The notes: generated from the sequence alone by a model not told the origin. Positions 39,288-54,959 are shown, counted from the stretch's first letter. The stretch is DNA of 64,000 nt from Flaccisagitta enflata (GCA_965153355.1 OZ231126.1:19902001-19966000); one strand, 5' to 3'. Translations and numbers: made by a program.

Positions 39288-39843
39288 CACCGTCTTCGGA
39301 TCGGACTGTGAAATGGAAAACCTTTATAGCTTCTAAACCGCTAAGAAAAAAGTTATGAAATTTTCAGTGAATATTGGTAATATGTGACGGTTTTTGCCTG
39401 TCAAAGCTCAGATCATAGTATAGAAAAGGTGAGGGGAAACAAAATATTGAAAGAACATCCATTTTTTAAGCAAAACCACTTTTTTTACCTGTTTTTTTTC
39501 TCGGAAGGTGCTGTTTTTTTCTCAGAATACGCAGCAAATAGATCATACATAAGTTAACATCTGTCATTGAAAATAAATCCAAGAGTTTTTGTTGAAATGC
39601 AAAGCAATTTCAAGCAGATAAAAACAACTCCTTTTTAAGGTAATAGGGAAAAATTGATATTGATAAAAAATGGATTTTCTTTCAATATTTTTTCCCTTTC
39701 ACCTTTTCTATACTATGATCTGATCTTTGACATGCAAAAACCGTCACATGTTACCAATATTCACTGAAAATTTCATGATTTTTTTCCAAGTAGTTTAGGA
39801 GCTATAAAGGTTTTGCATTTCACAGTCCGATCCGAAGACGGTG
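39288..39843. mobile_element. TA-flanked MITE with ~180-bp TIRs
   Basis: CACCGTCTTCGGATCGGACTGTGAAATG... mirrored by ...CATTTCACAGTCCGATCCGAAGACGGTG. TA at 39286-39287 and 39844-39845. Confidence 0.88.
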
Positions 39844-40846
39844 TAAGTGGAAACTGGGGCGATGTATGGGACTATCGGCGACCGATGTATTAACTGAGTT
39901 GTTAAGTGATAACTAAGTTATTTGAAATATCTGATGCAGCTCGAGGATGTGTGTAGATGTACGGCAATGATTTTGCGGCTTATCAACTGTTTAAATTGTT
40001 CCATTGAATGAATTGATGTAAAGCCAGAGATTGGGATCATGTCGAGAATCGTAACAAGGCTATTATCCCGCCAAGTGGCAAGCGTGTTCTATGAATGATA
40101 TTCTCAGTTAAATCTTTAAAAAGAAAAATAAAAGATGGGAAAGGAAAACAAATAGGAACAAAGATCTTCGCGCGAAATAAACGGGTTTGGTTGTTACTTT
40201 GGTTGTTGGCTGACCGCTTCTTTTTCTTTGTTGGTCGGCTGATTGGCTTTGAGGCTACGCGGTCCAGACCATTACGAGATGTCGGCCTAAACCTCATGAT
40301 GGGTCTTCGCCTTTTTGGCTCGCCCGGTTTACCAGCTTCAAATTGGAGTCAGAAGTTTTGCCTTTGGTTCTTTGTTGAGGTCATTCATCCAAACTCTTCC
40401 CCCCCCCTTCATTCCCGGCCCGCCCCTCCCTGACAATCCTGGCAGGGTCGAGGCCTCAAGACTTCGAGTGCCGTCCAGGGTCAGCGGAGGGCGCCCAGCA
40501 TGAAGTTCTTCATCTCTCTCTCTCTCTTTTCTCTCGGCCGACCAGACACCCACTGACCCATGCGTGCGCCAAACACGAGTGCGCCCCTGGACGCCCACTG
40601 ACCCGTTCATTTGCGTGCGAACGTGCGTGCGAGAATGGCCGAGGACACATTGAAGAATGTACGTGTGCGAAGTCCAGCTTTTGTGCACATCCGGGCCACC
40701 CACTGACCCATGCATGCGGCTGCGCGTGTAAGTGGAAGAGAAAAAGGAGATTCATTGACTCGCCTCATTAACTCATAAGCCGGCATAACAGGCCAAATCA
40801 TCCGAGATATTAAAGAAAGATTCATCCATATCGGACATGTACACGC

Positions 40847-40957
<111 letters not shown>

Positions 40958-41135
40958 CTCTCTCTCTCTCTCTCACACAGGTTCATTATCTTTGTTTTGT
41001 TTTGGTCATCTGCGAATTGGATACCAGACACCCACGACAACAATCACCCTAAACGTATGGACGGATTGATAGAGAAAAAAACATTGCCCAGCTTGGTGAG
41101 ATATATTATTTGTGTGACAAAAACATATGATGTTG

Positions 41136-41239
<104 letters not shown>

Positions 41240-41666
41240 AAAAAAAACCGTTGCAAATTTCAGGCAATTATGGACATGGTTGGGATTGTCATATCGATCA
41301 TGAAAACCTCATTTGGGGCCTATTTCTTGGAAACTATCCTAACAAACTGTTTCAGAACGTTATCTTTCAAGCGATTGTCCCAACATTCCGTCAATGTCAG
41401 CGACGAGCCTTTTCTCAATTGCACTAAAGTTCCATGGCCACCCATAGCCATCGCCAGTATCACCTCGCCCCCCCCCCCTCTCTCTCTTTCCGACGAAATT
41501 TACCATTCGAGGCCATGATAAACAAAAGAAGGGAACCCCGAAAATATTTCATTTTCTGTATTTGTCTCTGCCAAAGGAGATGAAACTTTAACTGTTTGTG
41601 GACAAATGGGCGAACATTCATTGGCCCTGGGAGTTTACAGTGGAAACACAAAGGGAGAGAGAGAGA

Positions 41667-41840
<174 letters not shown>

Positions 41841-42074
41841 TTAAGATTGTATCTATGGAGTCTTTGTTCCAGCATTGGGCCTTTTCCGCTTCCCAACATT
41901 TGTATGTGTGGGCTGAATGCATTCAAGATTTTCTTCATTATTTGTTATTCCACAAATCTGTCCAATTTGCATAATGAAGGAGGATATTTAGGGGCGTTAT
42001 CCACTATCCAGTTCTCAACTTGAATTTCAATAGAATATTAGTAAGGCCTCTTCCTCATTTTAAAGTTGGAAATA

Positions 42075-42340
42075 AACAAGGTCAACACCTTACCGTCGCG
42101 TGCGATTGTTAAGACTATAAGACAAAAAAGCTAAAAGACTAAATGTAAATTGACTTAAGATGACATAAAATGACTTAGAATGACCTATCAAGACTAAAAA
42201 TGACTTTGAATAACTTAGACTGACTTAAAATGACATAAAATGGCGAAAAAAAGCTAAGCTTTACGGACCGAAAGACAGACGGACCGACCGACAGACAGAT
42301 GGACAGAGCGGGTCATAGAGTCGCGTGCACGCGACTAAAA
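42075..42340 (-). mobile_element. HINE/DINE-1-like element (family A), same subfamily as 35761
   Basis: AGTCGCGTGCACGCGACT palindrome at right end, (TGACTTAAAA)-like array, AACAAGGTCAACACC end. Confidence 0.8.
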
Positions 42341-43042
42341 ATCAATACAAAATTAAAGGAGATATGCTATCAGTTGACCGGAATCCTGCTCACGACGGGG
42401 AGTCTTCAAAAAGAACGAGAAAAGCGCAACAAGGAGGCAAAATGGAAAGTAGAAGGGAAAGAGGAGATACCAAGGAGGAGGTCATGATTTAGTGAAAGTG
42501 AGAAATAGAAAAGAAATGTTGGGTGGGGTGGGGAATTATGGATGCGGAGCAGGCTGGAGAGATGAAGGAAGGAACAGGGAGAGAGAACGGGGGATGGGTT
42601 GAGGGAACGGGCATTAAAAAAATTGCATACATCAGTTCATATTACGTATTTTGTGTGACCCGAGGGGCAGGGGACATCCCGCCGTGATCGAGGGTGGAGT
42701 CTTTCTCTCTCTCTCTTTTCGTAACCCAAAGAAAGTCTTTTTCTTGAGTTTCAAATCTGCCTTGAGGGGTCGAAGGTTGCACAGAGGGAGATGAAAAGTT
42801 ATTCAAAATTTTGCGAGAGTCGAAGAATTGAAATGAAGAAAAAAAAATGAAATCAGATATTAGAAGGAGAAAGAGTGCCTTTTATGATTTGAAGAAAACT
42901 GAGAAGCAAGCCACCCAGGCACTCAAGATGGGCATAAGAAATTTAATGATCGTATTCTCTAGGTATACATCGGGGGATTCGGCGTGTGTAGGAGAATGGG
43001 AGTTAACAACTTTCTTCGTTGAAAGAAAGAAAGAAAGAAGGA

Positions 43043-43130
<88 letters not shown>

Positions 43131-43484
43131 AATAGTTTGAGGTTGATAGTTATTGAAACAGCTTATGAAGATTCAAATTACAATCTTGGTTTCCACTTTT
43201 CTGCAATTGGAGGCGCCGGCGCGTGCAAGAGAGAGATAACCAGCAGACAACAGACTCGTGGCGCCCTCTCGAGGCAGAAACACGAATTAGGGAGTAACAA
43301 ATGACCAACGCGAGTCTTTTTTGAGTCGGGAGACCGTGAACTTTGAAAAAGAGAAGATATTTGCCGGGGTCAAAGGTGGCTTTGGTCCTTCTCCTTTTTT
43401 TCTCACCCGTCTCCTCTGGGTTTGGTCAGTGTCTTTTCTTTTTTTTTTTCTTTCTTTTTGAGCCTGCTCTAGCAAAACATCATT

Positions 43485-43700
43485 TTTGGGCAGCGGCCCC
43501 ATAGGGCCGATGTCCTGTAGGAGACAAGGGTGAATTTCCAGACATCTGACCTTCCATCCGTCTGTCCATCCATCTGTCTGTCCATCCATTCATCCGTCTG
43601 TCCATCCTTTCGTCTTTCTGTCCGTCTGTCTGTCTGTCTGTCCATCCATCCATCCATCCATCCCCCCCCGGACGACCAGTGGGGCCCCAAATCACCTTTT
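43485..43700 (+). mobile_element. Truncated family B element (left arm and microsatellite only)
   Basis: TTTTGGGCAGCGGCCCCATAGGGCCGATGTCCTGTAGGAGACAAGGGTGAATTTCCAGAC matches the left arm of the 61939 copy, followed by (TCCA/TCTG)n. Confidence 0.75.
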
Positions 43701-44605
43701 ACCCCTTTTAAGTCCCAATCTTCTCCTCTCCTGAGGTCATGGAGGGTCAAGAGTGACGTGAGAACAAGTGTAATGATGAAAGGGAAACCAGTGCAGATTG
43801 CGTAGAGAAATGAGTGGATTAGGACATTTTCTTGGCTAAAGCGAAGTTGAGACCTAGTCTTCATTGACTCATTGTACTGCATGGCGCTCGTGGAAATGAC
43901 CAGATTTTCCGATCGTCTCCATCGGCAGCCGCAGGAGTGGAGTCCTCGACTGATCAATCATCGCGAGGTTTTTTTCGCGCGACAATGCCTTCCCCGAGAA
44001 CTTACAAGTCACAAATGAGAGCACCGTCTCTACGCAATGTAGTGGCGAGACCACCTCGGATTAAACACCATCAGGAGCTCCAAAGGCTCTCATCCCTAGC
44101 TTGGTCAGGGTCTGGCAATAATGTTGACCACCTATTGTAAGGGACTTGAAGTATCGGATGAGGGTAAGACTGTTCAAGCGATTCTTGGACAGCCGGCTTT
44201 AGCGGTGTCCTCTAAAATTCCCACGCAATCTTGCACGTGGGTAGACTGCATATAGCGCATACAGAGACATAGTGGTGAAATGTATTTCTTCAGTCTATTT
44301 TTTCACTATCAAACTCAATCAAAGTCAAGGAAATTACCATTGGAATTTACAAAGAGAAAAAAGTAGTTTTCGCCAAGTTGATTTGTTTTATTCTTTCCTC
44401 TTAAATTCAGTAAAAAAAATCACTCTTATATACAAATAATAAGGATTCTCCTTGATGTGTTGACAAGGCTCTAGAGCAATTGTCCTACTGCATTATGCAA
44501 ATGAGATCGCTATTTTTCAAAGATTCGTGCCACAACAATACAAAACTGGCATAGTTCATGTTTTATAAACTGTGAAAAATTCAATGTGACCACAATAACA
44601 GCAGA

Positions 44606-44653
<48 letters not shown>

Positions 44654-44779
44654 TCCTTTTACTTTCACCCTTCTTCACCCTAGACGCGAAAAAAGACTCC
44701 GTGATAAATGCTCTTTGACCGTTTTTTCTTGTGTTTTGTCTCGTCTTGCTTGAGTTTCCTTCTCATGTACGCACTTCTG

Positions 44780-44999
44780 TTTTTTGTTGCGGATAGCAGC
44801 TCTAAAAGAGGCTTTTTCCGTCCGTCGGTCTGCTGGTCCATGATGATCGAGTTGAAAGGTCTAAAAACGCGCATATATGATGCTGCAGTTATGATTGTCT
44901 GTGAATGTGAGTGCGTGTGGGGCGGGGGAGGGTATGGATGGGGGTTGTATGCCCCTGCCCACCCGTCCTCAACGACATTGTGACCCCGCGTCACTTGCT
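44780..44999 (+). mobile_element. HINE/DINE-1-like element (family A, GTGAC-hairpin subfamily), diverged
   Basis: GTTGCGGATAGCAGCT...AGAGGCTTT, GCCCCTGCCCACCCGTCC, GTGAC-CCCGC-GTCAC stem-loop. Confidence 0.75.
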
Positions 45000-45288
45000 T
45001 CATCATTTCTTTCTCCTCTCTTAATGCTTGCTCTCTTGTTCTGTTGTTTCCTCGTTCTCTATAACATTGTTACGCCTAAAGCACATAGAAAAGCCCAGAG
45101 GCATTTCCTGGCCCCCGCCAAGAGACATTTTTTTCTCCTCTTCTCTGTATTCTTGAGTTTTGAAAGATTTTTTTGACCCGGAATATGGCCCCTTGCTAAA
45201 AAAAAAGAAGAAATTTGTAAAAAAGAAAGCATGTATAATTCTTGTTTCGTGTAAAAACTCATGGAAAGGAGAATGAGAGAGAGAGAGT

Positions 45289-45451
<163 letters not shown>

Positions 45452-45584
45452 ATTGCGGAGACGCCCGAGGCTAATCGCACCAGTAGGTCTCGAAAATATG
45501 GCAAAAACCATCGAATAGATTGGGAAAAGGTGAAAAAGAATGGAAAAAGATGGAGGAGAAAGTGAGAATAAAAGAGAGTGAATG

Positions 45585-45695
<111 letters not shown>

Positions 45696-46974
45696 ATAAG
45701 AAAGAGAAAAATAAGTAAGAGAATGAGAGCTGAAGGTGAGATTGGGGGCAACTTTTAAATGAAGCTTTTTTTTCCCTTTCTCTTTTTTTCTCTCTCACTC
45801 ACTCATAGTCTCGTTGCTTTCACCGCTTCAAGCAATTTTTTCTCCTTCTCCTTCTTCTCTCTTTTTCTTTACATCGGATTGGGAGTTGTATGGGAAAAGG
45901 AAAGCTTGGCTCTTTTTGGAGGCTCTTTTCCTGAAATTTTATGAATTGTGATTAATGGGATCCAAATTTAGTCGTTTTTTTTCTTTTTAAAGGGAAAAGA
46001 TTAAAAAAACTCGACTCGGCTCCTGGCTCCTAAAAATCAGCCATTAGGACCTCATATGTCTTCATAAACCGGATTAACAAGAAAACCAAATTTTGGGTGA
46101 AAAGGGAAATTCATCTTCTTTCTTTCCCCACTTCCTTCTTTTTCCTATCTATTCAGGGACTAAATTTTTTCTGAAGTTGTGGGGAAACGAGAAACCTAAT
46201 TACAAGATGATTGAGTAATTGAGAAGAGATAGATTAACAAGCGGGGATTGCAAAACTGGCAAAATTGAGAAAAAGCAGGAAATTTGCGTGTCGTTTGGCG
46301 TCTTACGTCGTCCAAATATCACCACGGTCATAGCAAAGTTACGGTTGCATCCCAGCGTAGGGTTGACACACAGATATTAGGCAATACAATAAGGGCAATT
46401 ATTTCATCATTAACACCATTGGAGGTGATTTCAGATTTAATGGGGGTGTAGTAGTAGCATTTTACTGCATTTTGCAATGAGGCTTGCTGGCGTCAGTATG
46501 AGGCCACGTTTTGTTTTCCATCTTCCATGTGACTTTACCAAAATGGTGACAGATATTTGAAAGCTGACGGATGCCAAGAAGCCGTAGTGTTCATTTGACC
46601 AGGATAACCGTCGTCGGCCGACAATGTCTTTTGGACCCACCTTCGGTGAGCCTTGCAAATTTCCTGTTCAAATCATACTTCTTCAGGAGTTTTCAGAGTT
46701 GGAGAAGGATGGAGAGTTTTCTTGACTATGTTTTAAACAACGGCACCGGAAGGATTCGACGCATTATCAATCTGTAATGAAACAAAATAACGATAAGTAT
46801 GCGAAGAAACTCTTAGAAAAAAACAGATATGACCAGACATCTTACTTTTCATAACACCACATCGATGAAAATTAGATTTATTTTGAGCAGAAGCGGATAA
46901 AATCGGGCAAGTTTTATACATAACAACAGTATGCAAATTAAGAAAAGAATTGAGTCATAAATTTGAAACGCGAT

Positions 46975-47084
<110 letters not shown>

Positions 47085-47965
47085 GCACGCGAGTTTTTAG
47101 CGTGTCCGCGTTTTCCTCTGCGTGAATCTCGCAAGCGGCCAACTTCGCGCTAAAAAAGGCGCGCTCGCGATTGGGCGGAGGAAAGGGCGCGTGCTGCACC
47201 CAAACGGACCATACGGTAACCACGACGACGATGACGACGATGGTAATGACGACGACGACGAAGAGGACGATAATGATGATAACGAAGAAGAAGAGGATAT
47301 GGGTTGAGGGAGGTGACGATGACGACGATGACTTTAACGACGTTTGGGTGACGATTTGGGCGCGACCATAATGACGATGTTGACGACGAAGACGATTACG
47401 ACTTGGAAGACGACATTAAGGACGGTTGGGTGGCGCTGATTGAGAGTCAAGAGCGGAAGACTGGCAAGTGGTGGTGACGCCAAGAAGAGTTACGCGCGCA
47501 CGCGCGCACACGCCGTAAATGAACTAACGACTATTGTATTGAGTCGCGTTCTGCCACATCATTGACAGTTTACCAGTATCAACCGTCTTTATCAAAATGT
47601 TTACCTCATGCTCTTTCGCGATAGTTATATCTCAAGAAATCGTAAAGCATCATTTTTGTTGTAGTTTGAGCAAGCTTGTATTGAACGGTTTTTATTTTTC
47701 AATTTTCGCCTGCTTGTGATTTTCACTGATGCCTCAGGCCCAATTATTATCTCACTCACGTACCTGAAGAAAAGTAGCCTTATCCATCACCTCCGACACC
47801 TCCAGGCTCTTTTCTCCAACTCATCGGCACCTTCTTCTGCCAAACGCAGATCCTCTTCCTCCCCGTTCTTGGATCTCCCACCCACCTTTTGCGCTCCCTT
47901 CTCTGCAGCTGAAGAATTACTAATGATAATGAACGAATTAAGCCCACGTGGGATTCGAGATATAC

Positions 47966-48097
<132 letters not shown>

Positions 48098-49118
48098 CAT
48101 GAAGAAAGTCATTAGAAGGGTATGAGTCGGGGTGAAGACACACCCAGGCCTTTGTACTGTGAGGGGGCACGCGCATCGTTATGAAGATGAGGAAGAATCT
48201 CTCTCTCTCTCTCTCTCTCATTCCCCATATCATTTCTCACCTCATCGATTCGTTTTCAGTTGGATTATTCGTATCAAAGGCATTATTTTTTCCTCTTTGC
48301 GCTCGCTTGATGGAAAATGGCGGTGGTTGGTGAAGGAGGAGGAGGGGAAGGGGAGGGAGGGGGGTATGAAGTGAAGGGAAAAGGGGGATAGAGAGGAGAG
48401 AAATGATTTGTAGAATGAACACGTTAGATGGGGCAAAGGGAGGGAAGGGCGAACGAGGCTGGTAACTGAGAAGGGGAAAGACAAATGAGGGGGAAAGACA
48501 TTTGAATTATTACAAATTGTCGAATAAGATGAAAGAAACAAAAATGGCAATTGTAAAGACACAAAATAAACAAAAAATGTCAGTGATTGATGATTGTTGA
48601 ATATAAGATAATAAAGGAATGAATGGGAAGCTGTCGAGGATTGATTATGAAGGTGAAAAAGTAGGAAGCGTAGTGTTCACATTGTCGCCGAAACAAATTG
48701 GATTAAAAAGAAAAACAGGAAAAAAAAAGATGATCAAAAATGGATGATTGATGTGAGGGCAATATCAAAAGTGACACCGGGCCAAATAGCAAATGGAAAG
48801 CGATATTTTAGAAGGCAAAGGTCTTTCGATGTTTTCCATTCATTGTCATTGTGGAAAACCTTTCATAAACATATGATGATGTTTTCTTCTAATATATAGC
48901 ACAATCCTCATTCTTCCTCTTACTCCAGATCCCAAAGTTTCCCTCTAAGATGGATTGTTTATTACTGTTTTTTGGACACACTTTCAATAGCAATCCACCC
49001 TCTATTCCACCGACTTCCTCATTCGTCACTTATTCCTTTAACGTATGTATCCATACAAAGATTGTTTAGCACAACAGCTTATAAACAAACGGTGAGATAT
49101 AAGAACGACAAAAATACA

Positions 49119-49352
49119 GACTCGCCCCCATGTTGGCAATCCACCGTCTCTTCCACACCCTTCCTCAATCGTCATTTGTTCTTTTGTCATGACCCGCCCC
49201 CATGTATGATGTTAGCAATCCACCCTCTCTTCCACACCCTTCCTCATTCGTCATTTGTTCCTTTGCCATGACTCGCCCCCATGTTAGCCATCCACCCTCT
49301 CTTCCAAACCCTTCCTCATTCGTCATTTGTTCCTTTGCCATGACTCGCCCCC
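49119..49352. repeat. ~70-bp tandem repeat, 3 copies
   Basis: GACTCGCCCCCATGTT.GC.ATCCACCCTCTCTTCCA.ACCCTTCCTCATTCGTCATTTGTTC.TTTG.CAT repeated. A partial earlier copy lies at ~48990. Confidence 0.85.
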
Positions 49353-50094
49353 TCTTTCGCGCATCAACGGAGTTAATTCCCAGGCGAGCCTGACGGCGAT
49401 CGAGGGAAGCATAGAAAACATCCACGGATAATCTAACATCTAAGAGAATCTTTCGCCCTTATTTTGTCTCTCATCCATATTCTATACATGGCCAGTGACG
49501 ACGATAAGGATGACGATGTCAACTTTATGCCAACTATATCCCTTACACCAACGTCATTAGATTGGGGGTGCCTCTTGCCAAGTGGGGCTGTTACTTGGCG
49601 TATTTAATGAAAGAAAAGGCCTTGAAAATGTGTCAGTACTCGTGGTTACGTTCCTGTGCAATGTAACTAACTTTCGTCATTTCAACCTTGCTGATCCCTA
49701 CAAGTCTGTGTGTCTATCCCCTCTATCTGTCAATGACTATTTTGCCCTCTCGTTCGCTGTCGTTTTTTCTCAATCTCATATTCTTTTTTGCTCTCTGTTG
49801 TATCGTTTCTTGGTGCCTCACCGCCCATGACTCTTTTTCTCTTTTTCTTTCTCTATCTGTCTCTCTCTCAATCTCTCTCTCTCTCTCGCACTTGCTCTCA
49901 TATGAATTATTTCGTGTGGCGGGGTTTTGATATTTGGTCGACAGCAAATCTCCAGTGACGCGAAAAGATGGCGAATAATGTGCAGAATTCTCTCTCTCTA
50001 TATATTCTCCTCATTTCGGAACGTGTGTTAGTGCACCCCCTCTCACAGTCTCCAGCTTGCAGCAGAGAGACTCGACAAACGATCATTGTGGGAA

Positions 50095-50157
<63 letters not shown>

Positions 50158-52481
50158 CAGTAGCCTTCGAGATGGTCGCCTGAGTAAACGAAGCAGACAT
50201 TTTCTTTCTCACGGGGTTTCTTTCGTTTCTTCGCCGTTCTCTTCTTCATCATCTTCTTCCTTCCATTTCTCTTACATATTGTATGTATTGTCTATGAGTT
50301 GTTCTCGACATTTTGTGTTCTATTTGTTGTTGTTGTTGTTTTTTGTTGTTGTTTTTTTTTTTTTGGGGGGGGGGGTCTGTAATCATCAAACCCGAGCATA
50401 TTTCGCTTGATCATTTACCAATTCTCCCTAAGTCAATCAAAAATGAATGTCTAATAGAGTCAAAAATAGTTTCTAACCAACTACGTTATTCACTCGTTCT
50501 TTATTTTATTTTTCTTTCTGCCCTATTCCTCCATAGTTGAATGATAAAACCATACGCCCTCATTACTTCCGTTCATTTCTTGTCCCTTGTCCATCCCTCA
50601 TTCGCTATTTTACGGTTGCCTTTCCGTTTTTCATTCTCCTCCTTTCTTTACGTTTCTTTCCCGCCTTTCATCTTTTATCTATGAATTGGTTGGTCAATCT
50701 GTCAATGAGTTCAACCGTCCATCCTTTTGTTCATCCATTCATTCATCCACAAACATCAACGGAGAAAAGTCTTTAAGTATGTCGGTCAAATTCATTTCGT
50801 AAATCGGGAATGCGTCCCTTTTCATACTTCTGAAAGAACTCAATGGTCTTTTTACATTCAAGCATTCCCTTAGCCTCGACTCGACTCAACCCATTACGCT
50901 CTCTCACGTTCTTCCACTTCTCTTTCTTCCCTTTCCGTTTTACTTCATTGATCAGTTCAATCTTACCTTTAACACCTATCTATCTATCTGTCCATAATAG
51001 CTCCCATATCTCGCTCTGTCCTTTTCTTTTGTGATTCTACCCTTCCTTCCATCCTTTCTTTTGTTTCTCTCCATCTTGCGAACAAGCTATATCCAACCAC
51101 CACTATCTCCTTCTCCTCCACCTTTTCCTCCTCCTCCTTTTCTTTCCAGTTCTCTGTGTCCATTTTCCACATGATATCGGTCAAACTCATCAGTTGCCTT
51201 TCTGTTTTTGTTTGGTGGGCGTCGGCTATCTTCTCCCGCAAATTGTTTATGGTGCACTCTCGGACCTTGTGCTCTCTCTCTCTCTCTCTCTGGAATTGGC
51301 CTTTCCCTCCAACGTCTTTTGTTTTGTTTTCCCTGTTTGCATCTCGGTGATGATCGGCGTTGGTGGCCTCTGGCGGTCAGGTGGCAAAAGCCAAGCGACC
51401 CTCGAGGATCAAGCAAGAAGAAAACGAAAGGGAATCAAAGCAACATCGAAACAGAAACCAACACTGAGGATGAGAGAGAGAAAGAGAAAGAGAGAGTGTG
51501 AGCTAGAGAAAATGATATTTCCCTGAAAGAGAAGAAGCCAAAATAAAGAAAATGGGTGGAAGTAGGGCGAAAAGCGAGTATGAGCTTACGAGGTGCAAGA
51601 TGGAGCATAAGGTGAATTACACAGAGTATGAGACGAATCATGCTATGACATGAGTTTGGAAAGAGATGACGTTGAGGTTGAAAAGAGGTGAAGCAGAAAG
51701 GGATTGAGGCCAGGAGGTGACGCAAGAGGTGACACAAGAGGTGACACAAGGTTGAAAAGGGGGTGATGACATCAGATTAATGTCAATGCAGTTTCAACAA
51801 ATGAAAATGGATAAATGATTTGAGTCTGTTGGGTAGAAACATTTGGCAGATGACATTGGAGGCATCACATTGATGGTCAAGAAACGTTTTTGATGAGAGT
51901 TTTTGCATTCCATGATCATCAGTTATACCATCAGTGGTGCAATTAGTGACTATTAGTGGCAATATATGAGACAGCATCATTGACATTTGACAGACACAAT
52001 TGTGAGACATCTTACCTTGCTCATACTCATAGGTTGCATTTGTCATTATCGCCTCTTACCAAAATCATTATGATGCGTCCCGATAAGAGTTTCGAGATGT
52101 AAGTATCATGAGGAAATGTAGTTCAAACGTTCCGATGAGAATCTCCGTTTTCACTAATGACGATTTTGGGATTGTGTGTGTTTGCGTGAATCATCCGCAA
52201 AAAAAAAAAAAAGAAAAAAGATGTACAACGATCATTTTCAGCGAGAAAATAAAGCCTTTTAACGACTGCGGTCTCCATCCAAGCGCACTTCATTTCAGTT
52301 CTGTGATGGTTTTTCCCTTCTTTATGCGCCTAAGACGCCTAAAAAGCCGAAACAACATCCATTCCCAAGTTCCCCTAAAAATTTGTTGTTCTTTGTAAAC
52401 AAAACGAGAATGAGGAAAGCATTACTTTTTATCGGTTGCTCTTACATTATGTTTGCTCTCTGTCTCTGTCCCTCTCTCTCT

Positions 52482-52545
<64 letters not shown>

Positions 52546-53400
52546 ATCTGTTACACCCCCATGTACACAATGGTGGGAGAGTGGGTGTTGGGTGGGCGCT
52601 TACATGCACAAAATATATATTCATTTGTCTGGTGCACGCCAACGGCACGCAGCAGCGCACCTAACGGCGGAATGAGGCGCTTTTACGCGCATGCGCCGAA
52701 CGTGCGAGCGCGGTTACGCGTGCCGAAGCGTGTAAACGCGTGTTTGCGTTAGTTTTCTCCCTCATTACTTTCGAGCTCGTTATGTTTCTGCGCCTAAAGG
52801 GAATCGGGAGAAAATGGGAGCTGGGAACAGGCAAAAGGGCGAAATGAAGGAAACAGGGTGAAGGAGAAATGGTTTTTGTGGAACTGGGATAGTGAGAAGT
52901 GTTGGTTGTGGGTGATACTTATGTGCGCGTCGGAGTTGCTAATTTATAATGAAGCAATGTTGTCCTAAGCCATAAAGTTACTGGTTATAAAACCTAATTT
53001 TCTATCCTCTCCAATTCTTGTGGTTTTATTTTCCATTTCAAAATTAAGCAGAAATTTTTAGATAAATTGCCGATTATCTCTTCAAGTCAAAAGGTAATCC
53101 TCAAGAAAGTGATCAGTATTGATATTTGCATTTTGTAGTATTGCAATGTTATGGTTAAATTCATTGATCCATCTTTGAAGATTAAATACAATGTATTTTT
53201 ACAAATTCCCAATTATAATGTGCTCTATATATTGTTTGAGAAGTATGAATTATCTTAGATATGATTGATAATCACTAATTACCAAGCAGTAATCATCCAA
53301 TGGGTTTTTGCAACAAGAACGAATATATAGAAAAAATAAAGCATTTCTGTCATCGTAGTCAGATTCAACTAAATTTGGTTTTTCTCGACACAATTATTTA

Positions 53401-53435
53401 CGGCGGATCAGTGGGGCTGGTGCGCCGGTCCTAGT
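53401..53435 (+). mobile_element. Possible Helitron 3' terminus
   Basis: GC-rich hairpin CGGCGGATCAG-TGGGG-CTGGTGCGCCG followed by GTC-CTAG-T at the end of an AT-rich block. The 5' TC end was not identified. Confidence 0.35.
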
Positions 53436-53640
53436 TAATGCATTCGCTAATCAGATTCTAGCTCTACGCGTTCGGGATAGTAAATGAGGAATCGGCGGGC
53501 TGGAGATCCGTAATATCTTGAATTAGATTTAGAGTGTAACTGTCTCAAAATGTTGTGTTGCATTTTTTCAGTTGCATGTTACTTTCGCCTCTTCAAAGCT
53601 TACTATGATTCATATGGCAATTCTTGGCTTCAGACCTCTC

Positions 53641-53689
<49 letters not shown>

Positions 53690-53690
53690 G

Positions 53691-53798
<108 letters not shown>

Positions 53799-54907
53799 CA
53801 TCCTCCATTTTTGTCTCGGTTTATTGACCGCCTCTCCGGATTTAACAGAGACGCCCTCGCTCACGAAAAGGTTACCAACCTTAGTCACCTTGAACCCTCA
53901 CTTACGCCTCCCCTCCCCTCGGCACCATGAACCTTCACCTCCCCTCGGCATACGGCACCTTAAACCTCCTCCTAAGCCTCTCCTCATTGCCTTGAACCCT
54001 CAAATATGTCTCTCCGTATCACCTTCCACATAACCACCTACCTACCACCTTTATGCTCCCCCTCGGTTGTTTGCCTTGCAATTTCCGTCCCACACCAGTA
54101 CTGTCAGTACATTTATATTGCATACCTCTTTTTGCATAAAAACCCTGCAACACCAATAGTAAACAATCCATATCCCCCCACCGCACCCGTACCTTCTCCC
54201 CCTTTGGCGCCATACGACCTCGCTGTGGCCCTGCGCGTGGCCGCCTCTATCTCTTTCTCTCTCTCCTCGGCTCCAAATGGCCCTTTTGGAGCCCTTTTGG
54301 TGCCCAGTTTTGGCAAAAACAAGTTTGACGATCCCGCTTTGAAAAAAAAAATCCGTATTAAAAGGAGAAGGAAAATTGAAAGCCCCAGATTGCGAGGAAG
54401 TAAAAATGGGAGGAGATTGGTTGGAAATAGAGGAAGGAGAAAGAGGAGGGGGAAAGGGGGAGGGGAAGAGGTATATGCTGTCATCAATGATGGAGTAAGA
54501 GGAAGGGATGGGTAGGTTGAAGAAGAATGAAATGGACTAAAAGGGATACCGGCGGCACAGGAGAGATTTGGAATTGGTGATGGGTAAGGACCAAGATGGG
54601 ACAAATATGGTTAAGAGGGATAAAGCAGAGAAATACAGAGGGATGTGTCAGATCCGAGGACTCAATGGCGTTGGATCCATAAACGCAAGAGCCAATTTTT
54701 GCAAGGGCCAAGTAAGGCCCAAAGGAGCAGAGGTGTGATACTTTGGAAAAAGAAGGCTGAAAAGCCGGGAAAGGCCGAAAAAGGGCGGTCACCAAATAGT
54801 TTCCGAATCCAAGATTGTCGCTTTGAGATTCGCCATAAAACGTCACCACATTGAACCTCTTTTTTTTACTACTGGCATCCTTGTGAATTCCTCCGCCAAA
54901 CCACATG

Positions 54908-54959
<52 letters not shown>

